From Haliotis rufescens (Eukaryota): 64,000 nt of DNA. The notes beneath the pieces are model-generated. The model saw only the letters and a list, made by a program, of their open reading frames with translations, was not told where the DNA came from and did not search any database. The position numbers were made by a program, and so were the translations under genes. Positions 27,029 through 40,132 of the stretch are shown in pieces; position 1 is the first letter of the stretch, and the number at the start of each line of letters is the position of its first letter. The DNA lies in the NCBI RefSeq assembly GCF_023055435.1, contig NW_025963857.1, positions 1,116,001-1,180,000 on the forward strand, in the 5' to 3' direction.

Positions 27029-28290
27029 CTGTAATAGTAAAACATATTTATGAACAAACAATTTTAGATTTTGACCCTTTTGTGAATTACATATTTTCAG
27101 TTGAGGTGAAGTGAAAGATTTATCATCATAATTTTAAGTAATGACTTGTCCAGCTCCAACAAAGCTACACTAACACTGAGACAGACCAATACATCGTCTT
27201 TGAAATATTTTATTACACATAAGATTTCTCTCTTCTTAAATAAAAACAATTAATTTTACTGATGCTGATGTCATAGGGATTGTTAGAGCTGTCTAGAACT
27301 GTTTTAATATAAAACTAGATAGGTTTGGCTTTTATAAAATGCATATATTCCACAGTAATTGTGCATATTCAAGACTACTTTAATAGTGGAACATTATCTT
27401 CTAATTGTAATTTGACATAAGTTTGCCATCTTTTTCTGGACTCCGTTATAGCTCACGTGATTTTTTTTATTGAAAGTGGCATTGTGCAAATATTTTAAGA
27501 GAACTTAGATTTTGTACAAGTTGATGTACAAATGATGTCAAAACGTATAATTAGAAAATAGTATCTAAATCACTAGTTTTACCACAATGGACATGTAAAC
27601 AAATTTTGCAAAATATTGCACAGAATCCATAATAATATATTTGTTCATTTGTTATGCTCTGAGAACTTGTAACAACCCGGCCTTTGGCCTCACCCGTATC
27701 ATGAAAACATACTGATTGATTTGTTTACTGATTGGTTGGTTGGTTGGTTGGTTGGTTTCAGGACATCGCAAGTTTATGACAAGTTTCAGTATTGTGTAAC
27801 ACCCCATGCATGAACCACCGCAAGCTCAATAATGTTAAAACGTTCGTAAAATGCTTATATATGGACATGACTCATTCCAGTACATTTGCATAACGAAAGT
27901 AGAATCTTTGATTCTGTTGGCTGACCCAGGGAGGGGTGGGGGGGTGTCAAAGGTCCCCCTCCTCTTTCTTTTAAAGACAAATTGTGTAGGCATTAAACTT
28001 ATCTGAACGAGGATTTGGATATGTTGGACCCCTCCCCGGAAATGGTTGATCCGCCCTTCTAGTCTAGGAATAGATGGACTCGTGTTGTGTAAATAACACT
28101 GACATCTGTTGCTTTAAATAAAAACAAGTTTTGACAATGGATCTGGATCTATATTGCTGACACTTTGCTGATGCAACGTTCAAAATAAACTATAACTAAA
28201 TCTTATAATAAAGCACACGCAGAGACTATACGACCATGTACAACCAGGAAGTATGAAGCTATTTTCACCCCTTCCATACACCTGTGGCAT

Positions 28291-28398
28291 GTCACACTCA
28301 TCAAGTATATACGGGACGTCGCACTGATCAAGTATATACGGGACGTCACACTCATCAAGTATATACGGGACGACACACTGATCAAGTATATGCGGGAC
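28291..28398. repeat. 27-bp VNTR upstream of TRIM-B: 4 copies here, 3 at 41415-41495, 2 at 53299-53352
   Basis: Unit gtcacactcatcaagtatatacgggac, counted directly in each unit. Confidence 0.92.
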
Positions 28399-28435
28399 GT
28401 CAAACAAACTTCCATGTTGCCAATGCTCCCATTAC

Positions 28436-28790
28436 CTTTACTTGTCAGTGGTTTAACCTCTCATTCTTCCAGTCTGCCTGACGCCATGTCGACTGTGTCC
28501 TGGCGTGTCGAGGGGCGGGTCGGTCAACTGCTATGCGTTATCTGATGCACACATACTGGTATCCAGCCTAGTCACTGCAGGTGAAACACTGATAGCGACT
28601 GACATGCAGGGACGCGTCCAGTGTATACTCCACAACAGTGTTTCGTTTTCCTGATGTTTGTTTTTGTCGTCTATTTATTGTTCATCAGTGTATCTGTAAT
28701 TTTTTGAACTATTTGAAAGAATTGACTTATTCGATTCCGATATGATCATCCTACATTTCCTATACATGAATCACATGAGTCAAAAGTAAT
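28436..28790 (-). promoter_or_regulatory. Candidate non-coding first exon and promoter of TRIM-B
   Basis: AG|GTAAT donor at 28436/28435, conserved in B1-B3. ISRE-like GAAAACGAAAC at 28650-28640 (one substitution each in B2 and B3). AP-1 TGAGTCA at 28776-28782, conserved in all three. Confidence 0.35.
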
Positions 28791-29522
28791 GTAAAGAATA
28801 TTTGATACCATTCAGTTTGGCTCAGTTCCCCACTGGGAGCACAGTTGTGTAAGGCGCGTAATAGACTGTGCAGAGTTGCTTCCCTTAGACCATGCCTGAT
28901 GTCGTTAGTTCGGATCACAGATTCGCCCTGATTGTTTCTAGGGTTGTCAGCACAATACCTGTGCACGTGGGTTTCACCACAGTTGCAAACGTCTATTAAC
29001 TACATCGGGTCTGACCACAAACACTCTGCCGGCGTGATGTAACTGAAATACTGTTAATTAAGCGCTGTTAAAGTCTTTCAGCGAGTGAGTTTTGGTAAAC
29101 TTTGAAAGCTGTTTCAGTTAAACAGGTGGGGAAACTACAGGCACGGGCATGGTGCGGGCAGCAAAAACATCATAATCAAGGCAAAGCTGGAATTCCGCAC
29201 AGCAACTCTGCACAGCTATCTTTTTGAGCCTTGGATCCTTTGGCAGCGTCATAGCACAACCAACACGTTAAAAGATAACACTTGTTGTTTCCCTGCCTGG
29301 CGCTCGATGTTTAGGGAATAAAACAAGGAGTGACTGGTTCGGTTTCATTACACTGCACGCGGGTATCCATTACAAACTGCAGTAAAGTGCTTCCCTTCCC
29401 CCCTCTCCCATCTACACCCCCCCCCCCCCCCCCCATTGTCATTTAATATGTGTTTACAGCAACAAATCTCGCAGTGCAGACTCTATGCGTCCCTCCTCTT
29501 CTCGGTACAGATTCCAAGACGC

Positions 29523-29659
29523 TCAGCACAAGTTGCAGAAGCAGGCACAGTTGGCGGACGCCCAGTCTTTGTACTCTGGCGCACACGAGTGAGGGTAGGA
29601 GTCACAGTTGCTCCACTTGTCGACACAGGTCGCCGGCAGCGCGTGACGTACTGTTGCCC
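29523..29659 (-). pseudogene. Orphan terminal exon encoding an ShKT domain
   Basis: Acceptor ctgccag, phase 1, then ATVRHALPATCVDKWSNCDSYPHSCAPEYKDWASANCACFCNLC*. ShK spacing is C-x6-C-x6-C-x11-C-x3-C-x2-C, with an extra Cys where the 55-kb copy has Arg. Upstream exons are absent here. Confidence 0.8.
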
Positions 29660-31685
29660 CTGGCAGTGAAACAGGATGACATTGAAACACTAGGATTACG
29701 AAATACTTGTAGACATTGTACTTGGTAAAACTCACCAGCACATTATATACACGCTATAAAGTATACACTACACCCCACACGTTATTTATTCTACATTAAA
29801 CAGTGATATAAACCTGCAGCCCAAACAAACTTTACAAATTTATAAATGAAATTGCAATAAATTAAAAACACAAGTTCAAACTAAATCAATGTAAACACAT
29901 CGTCCAAACAATGCTCTATGCAGAAAGTGATTCACGTCCACACGGGTTGTACTAGTATGTAAGGGCAGCTTGTGGTCACCTTGGTTTACAAGGGTTCATT
30001 TTTGTAAATTATTAACACATCTATGTCTTTCAATAATTGTACCCTCTTTGAGCTTACTATTGACGGCCGTAGGTTTTTTTATGAAACTGCATGTGGAGAT
30101 ATGAGCGACGCTCACGTTTTCGGTCACCAGAATGCATTACGTCATAAAAAATGTTGCAATTCTCATGATACCTGACGTAAACAATACAAATCAATATTTG
30201 AACCGATAGACAAGCAGCTACATCATAATGTCGTCATTAAGTTTTATTGACTGCTCTTTGAACAATAATTCAGGAATATAACTGCTAATCAGCTTATTGT
30301 CTGAGAATGGGCCCTGTTTGTAACTTATAGTAATTTTAATATTGAAATATACATACCTTCACACGATAGTCGCCCAAATTACAACATGCGCTTCAACATC
30401 CACTAGCATTCCTTTGTTTCAGGATATTTGGTAAAGCATTTAAACCCTTTCGCAAAATGGAATCGTTTGCATGAACTCAAAAGTTGAACTTGTAAATACT
30501 CAGTTTGATTGAATTCCCGACATATTACAACACTTCCGCCCACCAAACATCGCCTCAGGTGCAATATGTGTGCAGTCATACAAAAAACATGCACAATACA
30601 AATGTTATACTGCATTTATTATCGATATTGCAACATATGGTGACCAACTAGCTCAGAAAGTCGTTATGTACACAATACACTTAGTTGTGTGAGAGCGTTT
30701 ATGAGCAGCCTGTGTCAGTGAACAGCCTCGCCTCTTACAATACCGAGACAGACAGTCAGTCCAGCAGAATGGTTGGAGGAGACATCTGACGAAGCTAAAG
30801 GTATTTTCTTGATTACCGAGCAAGTATGTTGTCTGGTGCTACATCATAGTGAAGTGGTATTTTGTGGTAGTTTCTGTGTCGAGGTATAATTTCTGTTTGT
30901 TGTATTGTACATTGTCTTCCTATTGGACAGCATTTTCTGACATTACTATTAGTGACACAGGACTGAAACTGGATCATCAGGATCATGTTTACAGCTCTTC
31001 TTAACATGTATCAATCAATACTTCAATTACAAACATCTGACTGTCTTGCAAACCATGCCAGGTGCCTTTCATTGACAATATCTATGTACAAATATTATTT
31101 TCATAACATTATCTCAATAATCATTGGTCATGTTTATGTTTTCATAGCAACTGAGACTGTCTCCATGGTCTAGTTGATAGAGTGCCTGGCCAGACAGCAG
31201 AAGTTCTGTGGTCCGATCCCCGGCCACTTCATAAACAAGTCTGATCCTCGGCATTAAGGAGCTAAGACAAGAACTGGTCGGCTTGGAGTCAGCATATTGT
31301 GTCGGAGTGTAGTATTCATGTTAAAGGGGCACGGGTGGCCCAGTCGTCTAAGGCGCCGTGATTCGCTGTGCACAGTTGCGTCCCTTGGGCACGTCAGAAA
31401 CCTATGATTGTTGGTTCGAATCCCGGTTCGCCCAGATTATGTTTCTAGGATTGTCAGCACCATATCCATGCTGGTGGGTTTCACCGAAGTGGTAAACGTA
31501 TGAGACCTGCATCACTTCGGGCTTTCCTCCCACATTAAGCTGACACGCTGTGGTATAACTGTAATACTGTTAAAAGCGGCGTTAGACCCAACTCACTCAC
31601 TCACTTTTGATGTTAAACTGCGGCATGGTGTCTCAATGCATTATGGGCTAGCACCATGAAACCGTCATTAATTGAGTACAAGCAG

Positions 31686-31771
<86 letters not shown>

Positions 31772-32234
31772 TACACATGCATCCAATAAACACACAGACA
31801 CACACGTGCACCTTAAGGGATTCGCGCAATAACGCAATAACGCAATAACGCGTTCCAAAACATAACTTTGTCTTTGTATTGTGGAGTGATTATTTGGGAA
31901 CTGTGAAATGAAACTGAGCTATTTTCAAGCATTAATAGTTTCATCCACAAAACTGTAACTCACGAACTGAGCTCTCACTTACTGACCGCTTTTATATGTT
32001 GTTCAACATTGTTGTAATTGATAGGCATTGGAACATGAACATGTGTCGGAGGAACATGAGCACATAACAAACTACTTCATGTCTTTAAAGATCGTTGTAT
32101 CATATCTACTCTCTGTGAGTTCATTATTGATTAAACTGCCCGTATATCAATCAAAAACAAAAATGGGTTCTTATGGATGAAAAGGTGTATGATGTTAAGC
32201 TGAGAATGCCAATATTTTTATTTTAACATTTTAG

Positions 32235-34374
32235 ATGGCAGTGCACCGACAATTGACAGACAACTTCTTGACGTGCAGCATCTGCATTGACGTCTTTGAT
32301 GACCCCTGTACACTCGTGTGTTATCACACATTTTGTCGGAAATGTGTCGTTAGCTACACTAAAACCAGACCAGAAGCCATCAGTGCCAAGTCTCTCCTCT
32401 GTCCATTCTGTCGAAAGATGACCAAACTAGCCAACTCAAACAGGCCAGTTGAAGAGTGGGCACAGGAGGTGAAACCCAGCTTTTTGATTCAGGGTCTCTT
32501 GGATTCATTTAATCCCAAGACAGAAGGTATTTCCAAATAGGCTACCAGTGTTGAACTCATCCTAACATAGCTACGTTCTTCATATCCCTGGTTTGTGAAT
32601 TCCTCGTATGTACATTGAAAAGGTTAAAGGTTATTTCGTAATATTATAATTCTATTGTTGAAAAATAACTGACACATTTGTATGTATACTTGCAGATACC
32701 CCGAAGTGCATCCTATGTAGTGATGAAGGAGCGGCACCTCCAGCCACTGCTTGGTGTGCTGACTGTGACATCAGTCTTTGTGAGGGATGCCAGAAGGCTC
32801 ACAGACGTATTCCTGCCACTCGTCACCATGACGTATCTGACCTGTCCACAGAGGTCAAAATCAACCAAAGACGCAAACCATTCTGTAAGCAACATCCAGA
32901 TCAAAGCATGCAGTTCTACTGCAAAGATTGTAAGAAACTGCAATGTCAATCCTGTTGCATCCTGTATCACAGAAAGTGTGAGGCAATTCTACCGTTTGAA
33001 TAAGTTATGCCAGAACTGATCAGCTGTGTTACAGGAGTTAAGGAAAGACTAGCGTCTCATTTACAAGCAACAGACAGTTTGCTAACAGATTTAGAAACCA
33101 AACGGACTGAGGTAATAAAGAACAGAGTCACCGTTCAGTGTCAGATCCGATCCACAATCCAGACAGTCACAGAAGCCATAAAGAAGAAGGAACGACAACT
33201 CCTGGACCAACTGGATGACGCCACTGAGAAACACATCGAGCGACTGAAAACTGAAATGAAGTCTGAAGAGATGGCCAAGCAGATGATAAGTCATCACTCT
33301 GTGATGATAGACAGAGCTCTGGAGTCTGGAAGTGAAATGGACATCTATGAGATGTACCTGTGGTGTGAGTCAGAGGAGTTTCCTACAGTATACGACCCAG
33401 ATTCAGATATAAAATATAAACTGAGAGAGAAAGTATGTTTTAAGCATGATTGTGAAGAGATCTGTAACAATATACACGAGGTAAGCTTTGGTGAAATTGA
33501 TACCATATAGGAAGATGTGTTTGATTCTACATCGACATCAGTTCTGCACGACACAGTGGACGTACAAACAAAAGATGAGACAAGTTTACCTCATGTTTAT
33601 GACGTGGCAGTGTTCAATGAAGGCGGTACAGACACCATAGTTGTAACTGATAATAACAGCAAGTGCGTCAAATCCTTCTACACACGCAATACTCAACCCT
33701 GTCAGAGTAAGCTCTCTGTTCAGAGCCCCCCTCGGCGGATTGCAAAACTTAATGCCCATCACATGGCTGTGACCCTTCCCGAGACAAGGGAGATAATACT
33801 AATTGAAGTGAAACCTGACCTTGTTCTTCAATCATACATTTCAACAAGGAAGAAGTACTTTGGTCTGACGGCCCTGACACCGACTACCCTGGCAGCAGGA
33901 TCCGGGTCGCCTCCCTGTGTGGACATCCTGGACATGGCGGGGAATGTGTTGAGGACGCTGAATCGTGTCACAGATGGGGGAATCCTTGTATCAGATCCTT
34001 TATTCCTATCTACCATCAGTCAAGGTTACATCCTGGTGTCATGCAGTCATGCCCCAAGAAGTCATGTGCTATGTATGACACCAAACGGAGATGTTGTGTT
34101 TAATTATGTACCCACAGGACCACATCGAGCAATGAATCCATGTGGCATCACTTGAACAAACACAGGTGACATGCTTGTTGTTGACGACATGTCAAACAAA
34201 GTGGTTCATTTGAGTAGTTCAGGCACATGGTTGAGAGACGTACTGACGTCAAGGGATGGCATCACTTTCCCTTATGGTCTGTACTTTGATAAGCGAAGGC
34301 GTCTGTACGTCACCAGCCACCACTGTGTGATGGTCTACAGGTTCATAACACGCACCAAACCAAGATGTACATGA
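32235..34374 (+). pseudogene. TRIM-A2 with three in-frame nonsense codons; exons 32235-32526 and 32696-34374
   Basis: Colinear with A1, with identical exon lengths. TAA at 33001-33003 (TCT in A1), TAG at 33508-33510 (TAT), TGA at 34153-34155 (GGA). Confidence 0.9.
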
Positions 34375-37264
34375 AGGGTGATCTCGGTGAATGAACGAGT
34401 GAATGATTTTGTATAGGTCTCACTTTGAATAGTGTTTCAGTTATATAACGAGATTGAGAAACACAACCAGTGTGATGCCAATGTAGGTGTGTTTACTCCT
34501 ACTTCCGTGGTCCGATGACTGTGACTGTGTTCGATTCTGATGATATGATGATGATAGATGCACAGGGGGCGCAAGGACATTGTTATGAAACAATATGTTC
34601 ACGAAAAAATAATTTTTTTAAGGAAAAATAAAATCATTTTGTTCAGCTGTGTCCCCTTTTGTATTGACATGTGCATAAAAACTATAATATTTACAGTGTT
34701 GTTTAATTTTTCCATTTATCGCTCGGTTGTTATGACGTGATTCGATTACTTCCATTTCTTTTATAAGGGGATAAAACGAGGCTGACAGGTTGGACGGTAG
34801 GTTGATTAACGTCGCACTCAACACTCTTCCAGCTACAATACGGCCGTTTGTAGGTCCAGTGGGTGAGTGCGGCGATAAACAACAAACAAACAAACAAATC
34901 ACTAATACCTCACGAATCTGTATCCAACGGAGTCAAACTGTCACGTCAAAATGAGAAAGCTTCATTTCTTCATAACACCTTAATATATCAGTTACTTATT
35001 GCTACAGTTTACTGTTTGTTGGTTGGTTGGACGGTAGGTTCATTAACGCCGCACTCAACACTCTTCAAGCTACAAGACGGCGGTCTGAAGTTCCAGTGAT
35101 TAACATCATGACCATCAATCGATTGGAATACGGTGATATGCATCAACCAAGTCAGCGACCCTGACCAACCGATCCCGTTTGTCAACTCATACGACAAGCC
35201 TGGGTTTCTGAAGATTCAAACACAGATCTTCCTGAAAACGCGGGTGAGGGTGGTCGTAAAGGAGGGGTAGACTAGTAGTTAAAGCTTGGCTTGTCTCGCC
35301 AGAGGCATGGGTCCTAGTGCCCGCATGGATACAATGTATAAAGCCCATCTCTTTATCTGCCAAAGATTAAAACAGTTGATGACGTCACTGTTGTTCCCGA
35401 CAACGAAACACGGGTGAAAACTGAATCATAACATCTCGCATCGAGAGTCAAAACAGAATCGGAGACAAAGCAATAAACACAAATACCCCTGGTAAATCAA
35501 ATGTGAAATTACAGAATGGACATTTTCATATATAATTGGTGACCTTTTCATTGAAACAGAGCTGCCATTAGAGAAACTACAGCCTGCTTCTACGCGGATG
35601 TCGCACTTGCATCTATAGGTTTAGCAATCTTAATCACAAGTCTCTTCTGCGCCAAATAAACGATTAAAAATAAGATACGAAATCATTTGCCATTTACATT
35701 TGTATGATCTAGACATAATATTATTTCGAGAACAGAGACATATATGCTATGTAGGATTCTGTTGGCAATTCACGTTACATCCGTAACCAACAATTACTGT
35801 TTTACGGATTGAAACAAACTGATAATTTCGAGAAATAACCTTTGGGCAACGAGGAAGTACTGTTATCTGTCCCCAGTGGTATATAGTGAGTTCAGAGCCT
35901 TGGCGAGGTACCAATACTGTCCATGAAACGGATCTGTGAACTATTTTCCATATTTCTGATAGATAACCACGGCATTCACGACTGTTTCGTGAGATTATAA
36001 GTTTGTCGGCAGTGTTGTGGTCGCTCAGATTTTCTAAACTTGTCCTTGGATGAATGAACAAAACAGCATCAATATATATGGAAACCATATGCATTTGTAA
36101 GTAACGGGGTCACATGAGATTTTAACCGCCATTTCTCCCTTCACATCACACAGCGTTAACTGATGTTTGTTACAAAGACATGCGTCGCGTTCCACGAAAA
36201 CAACCAAGCGCTGAAACGATCCCTTTTCACATCGTAGAACGGGTTCCATAGTGTTGTGGTGTGTGTTATGTATTCATTTAAACAAGAAAGACAATCTGTA
36301 CAAAGGTAGTGACAGCATTTTTATTATGACAGAAATGTAAACACACGGATATGCATGTACATGTTAACAAATACACTTAAACTGACAGGAAGTGGTTAAT
36401 GTTTTAATTATCAGAGTTTTATTGTTTTTACAAATATATAATTATATACTTCACGGGGCAATAAGGCTTTAGTTTTCAGCAGTCGCCCGAAATCCGCCCT
36501 CCCCTCCCCTCCCTGCTAACTTAAATATACACGTAATACATGCACATTCAATAGCGGAATATTTGTTTGACGGGTGACAATTCCAGTTCTATGCATTCAT
36601 TGTTCACGTACACCACATTGATGTCTCCCAGCTCCACATCAATGTCAGACACAAACATCGCGAACACCTGGTGTGGGCACATTAAAACTGCGCACCCCCA
36701 ACCACTGTCTCACATAATAGTTCTTAAACGTTCTTCTTTCTTTTAAGAAGCAGAATCGGTGCACTTAATTCGTAGGTTAAAATTAACGGGTGACAATTCC
36801 AGTTCTGTGCTGGCAGAACAGGTGCACTTAATTCGTAGGTTAAAATTAACGTATCGGTTTTATTAGTTTCACGGAGCAGTTAATGCACTAAAGTGTCACT
36901 GGATATTCTGGTTCATCGATCTCTTGATTGTCTGGTTTGTTTACAGGCCGCCGTCTCATGATACGAGTACAGCTATGCCGCGTCAGGGACAAATACTGCT
37001 TTTGTCATGAAAATTGTGTGAATGGCGAGTGCTACCGATAGGGCCGGACATGCTTACCCGCGAACACCTGGTGTCATCACTCAATATCACTGGTCCATCC
37101 ATATAAATTTCATAACTATTTTGCACTTTACGTCAAATTTTAATCTGTTTCGGCGGACAGTCTAAACTGATTGTTCTCTTGTATTGGAAATTCACATTTA
37201 CATAAACAATAGTCAATCAGATGGTGACGGATTCTATCAGGTACAATCGTTATGCTTCCACATC

Positions 37265-40132
37265 TTAGGTGTTTCTTGCAAATCTGTAGATCTTCACACA
37301 GTGACCATTGGTGACATACAGGTGCTGACTTTCACACAGGCAGAGACTATACGGAGATGTAATACCATCACGTGACGTCAACACTTCCCTCACAAACGTC
37401 CCAAAAGCGCTGAGTTGAATCACACATTTTGCATTTTCATCTATAACCAGGATATGTCCTGTGTTGGTTTCAGTGATTCCATGAAGGAAATTCCACGTCT
37501 GTGTAGGCTGATACCTGAACACAACATCTCCGTGAGGAGTCAGACAGAGGACACTGCCAGCTCCGTATTCCCCGCAAGACACGAGGATGTTACCCTGCCT
37601 GGTGGTACTGAGGAACCAAGGATTTGATACAAGTCTCTCTCCATCTGTGACAGGATCCAGGGTCCTCAACACATTCCCCGCCATGTCCAGGATGTCCACA
37701 CAGGGAGGAAACACGAATCCTGCTGCCAGGGTTGTGGGTGTCAGGGATGTCAGACTGCAGTACCCCTTGCTTGTAGAGATGGATGATTGAAGAACCAGCT
37801 CAGGCTTCACTTCTACTATTATTATTTTCTTAGTGTCAGGGAGAGTCACAGCCATTTTATTGTTGTTTAATTTTGCAATGCGTCGAGGAGCGCTTTGTAC
37901 CCCCAGCTTACTCTGACATGACTTCTTGTTTCTTTCGTAGAAGGATTTCACACACTGGTTGCCATCATCTGTGACAACTATGGTGTCTGTGTTGTCGACA
38001 ACAAACACTGCCACTTCAAGAGCAATGGGTTTCTTCTCATCATCTTCTGCCTGTATGTCCACTGTGTCATACAGAACTGCTGTTGATGGAGAATCAAAAA
38101 CATCTTGAACAATGATATCAATCACACCCAAGTGTAGATCGTTTAGTTTCCCACACATCAGATGACGATCGTGTATGAAACAAGCCTTGCCCCCAGATAC
38201 ATCCTCCATAGCTGACTCCGGGACACACACAGTGGCTGCCTCCTCCGACTTACTCCACAGATACATCTCACAGATGTCCATGTCACTCTCAGACTCCAGA
38301 GCTCTGCCCAGCAACTCCGAGTGTTGACGAATCATCTGCCTGGCCATCTCCTCACGCTTCATGTCCCATTTCAGCTGTCCTATTTGTTTCCCTGTGACAT
38401 CATCTATTTGTTCCAGGAGTTGTCTTTCCTTCTTCTTTATCAAATCAATGGCGGTCTGGGCTGCTGATCGGACCTGAGACTGAAGGCTTGACTTGTTCTC
38501 GTTAATTTCAGTACATTGTGCTTCCTTCTTTGCAAGGCGAGTGTTTGATGTTGCTAAATCAGAGTCTAGTTTCTGTTTTAGAGATTGAAGAGTGTTTTGC
38601 ATCTCAGGCAACACAGATTCAAGTGAGACAATGGACTCACACTTTCTGTGATACAAGATGCAACACGATTGACATTGTAGTTTCTCACAGTCCTTGCAGT
38701 AGAACTGCATGCTTTGATCTGGATGTTCTTTACACATAGGTTTGCGTCTTTTCTTCACCTTGACATCCCTTGACAAGTCAGATACGTCATGGTGACGGGA
38801 GGCAGGATTACGAACATGGGCCTTAAGACATCCACCACACAGCGAGACGTCACAATCAGAACACCAAGATGTAGCCAGAGTTGCCTCCCCGTCATCATCA
38901 CACAAGTTGCAGTTATTTGTTCCTAACAAGACATATACATATGTATTATGTTGACATGGTTTATATCTAAGGTTGTTTACAGAGAAATATAGGTTCTATT
39001 AGGATGCACAGAAAGTGCTTCACATGAATAGGAAATATGAATATAAGAGCACCTATTTGCGTCATCTTTATAAAGACATTTATCCTTTCCTTTATCAGTA
39101 CCCATTTAAGGGGCACCAGTGACGCAGTCTTCTAAATCTGCATGTCTGCATCCCTCAAATCCCAGAGTCGCCCTCGTTATGTTTCATGGTATGTCGGTAC
39201 CATTCTTGTGCTCGTGGGTTTCACCAAAGTGACATTTGACATCGGATCGAGTTTTCCACACATATCAAACTGACACGCTATGCTATAACTGGAATAATCA
39301 AGTACGCATTTCACGTTTAGGTTGGTTCATTTTGGTTTTCCAACATAGAAAATACAGTACCTGTTAAAAAGAATGTACCCATGAACTGGTAATAAAAAAC
39401 CCTACAAGCAGCACTCGTCTTTAAAAGCTTAAAGGTCATTCTTGCGAAGACATGTTAGAATATCACTAAAAATATAATTGTATGAACTTGAAAATCACAA
39501 AATTAAGTTAATACAACAATGAACTGAAAATTGTGTTCGTATGCAATAATAAAGGCGTTAATATTACGTGGCATTGTGACTAGACAAGGTCAATAACATG
39601 ACTTCAAAATCATGAGAATCAATAATTTGTCTCAGAAGCAAACGTGAAAATATGTTAGAGGATTGACTGCAGGTCTAATGGTGTGCCACTGAAAGAAATG
39701 ACAGAGATATTCAAGTAATGTTAGGACAACAACGAGTCTGTCATAGATGGGTAAATACTGTTGTCTGTGTTGAAGATGAATTAAAACTATATGGATTGAG
39801 TGGAAGTCCAACCACCATGGTCTCTGGTGTATGCTTATACCTTGACTGCAGGAAGCGAAGGAATCCAAGAGACCCTGAATCAAGAAGCTGGGTTTCACCT
39901 CCTGTGCCCACTCTTCAACTGGCCTGTTTGAGTTGGCTACTTTGGTCATCTTACGACAGAATGGACAGAGGAGAGACTTGGCACTGATGGCTTCTGGTCT
40001 GGTTTCAGTGTAGCTAACGACACATTTCCGACAAAATGTGTGATAACACACAAGTGTACAGGGGTCATCAAAGACGTCCATGCAGATGCTGCAAGTCAGG
40101 AAATTGTCTGTCAATGTCTTGTGCATCGCCAT
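37265..40132 (-). CDS. TRIM-B2: intact RING-Bbox1-Bbox2-coiled coil-NHL-like E3 ligase, 649 aa; exons 40132-39841 and 38922-37265
   Basis: RING exon with G|GTATAA donor, acceptor ttgttag, and an uninterrupted exon-2 frame with both B-boxes, coiled coil and propeller blades ending RFARNT*. Confidence 0.92.

Noticed and set aside
29336-29350. IRF-like AATGAAACCGAACC conserved at all three junctions
   Set aside because: It lies inside a degenerate SINE body (gactggtcggctcgg in the family), so its conservation is explained by duplication.
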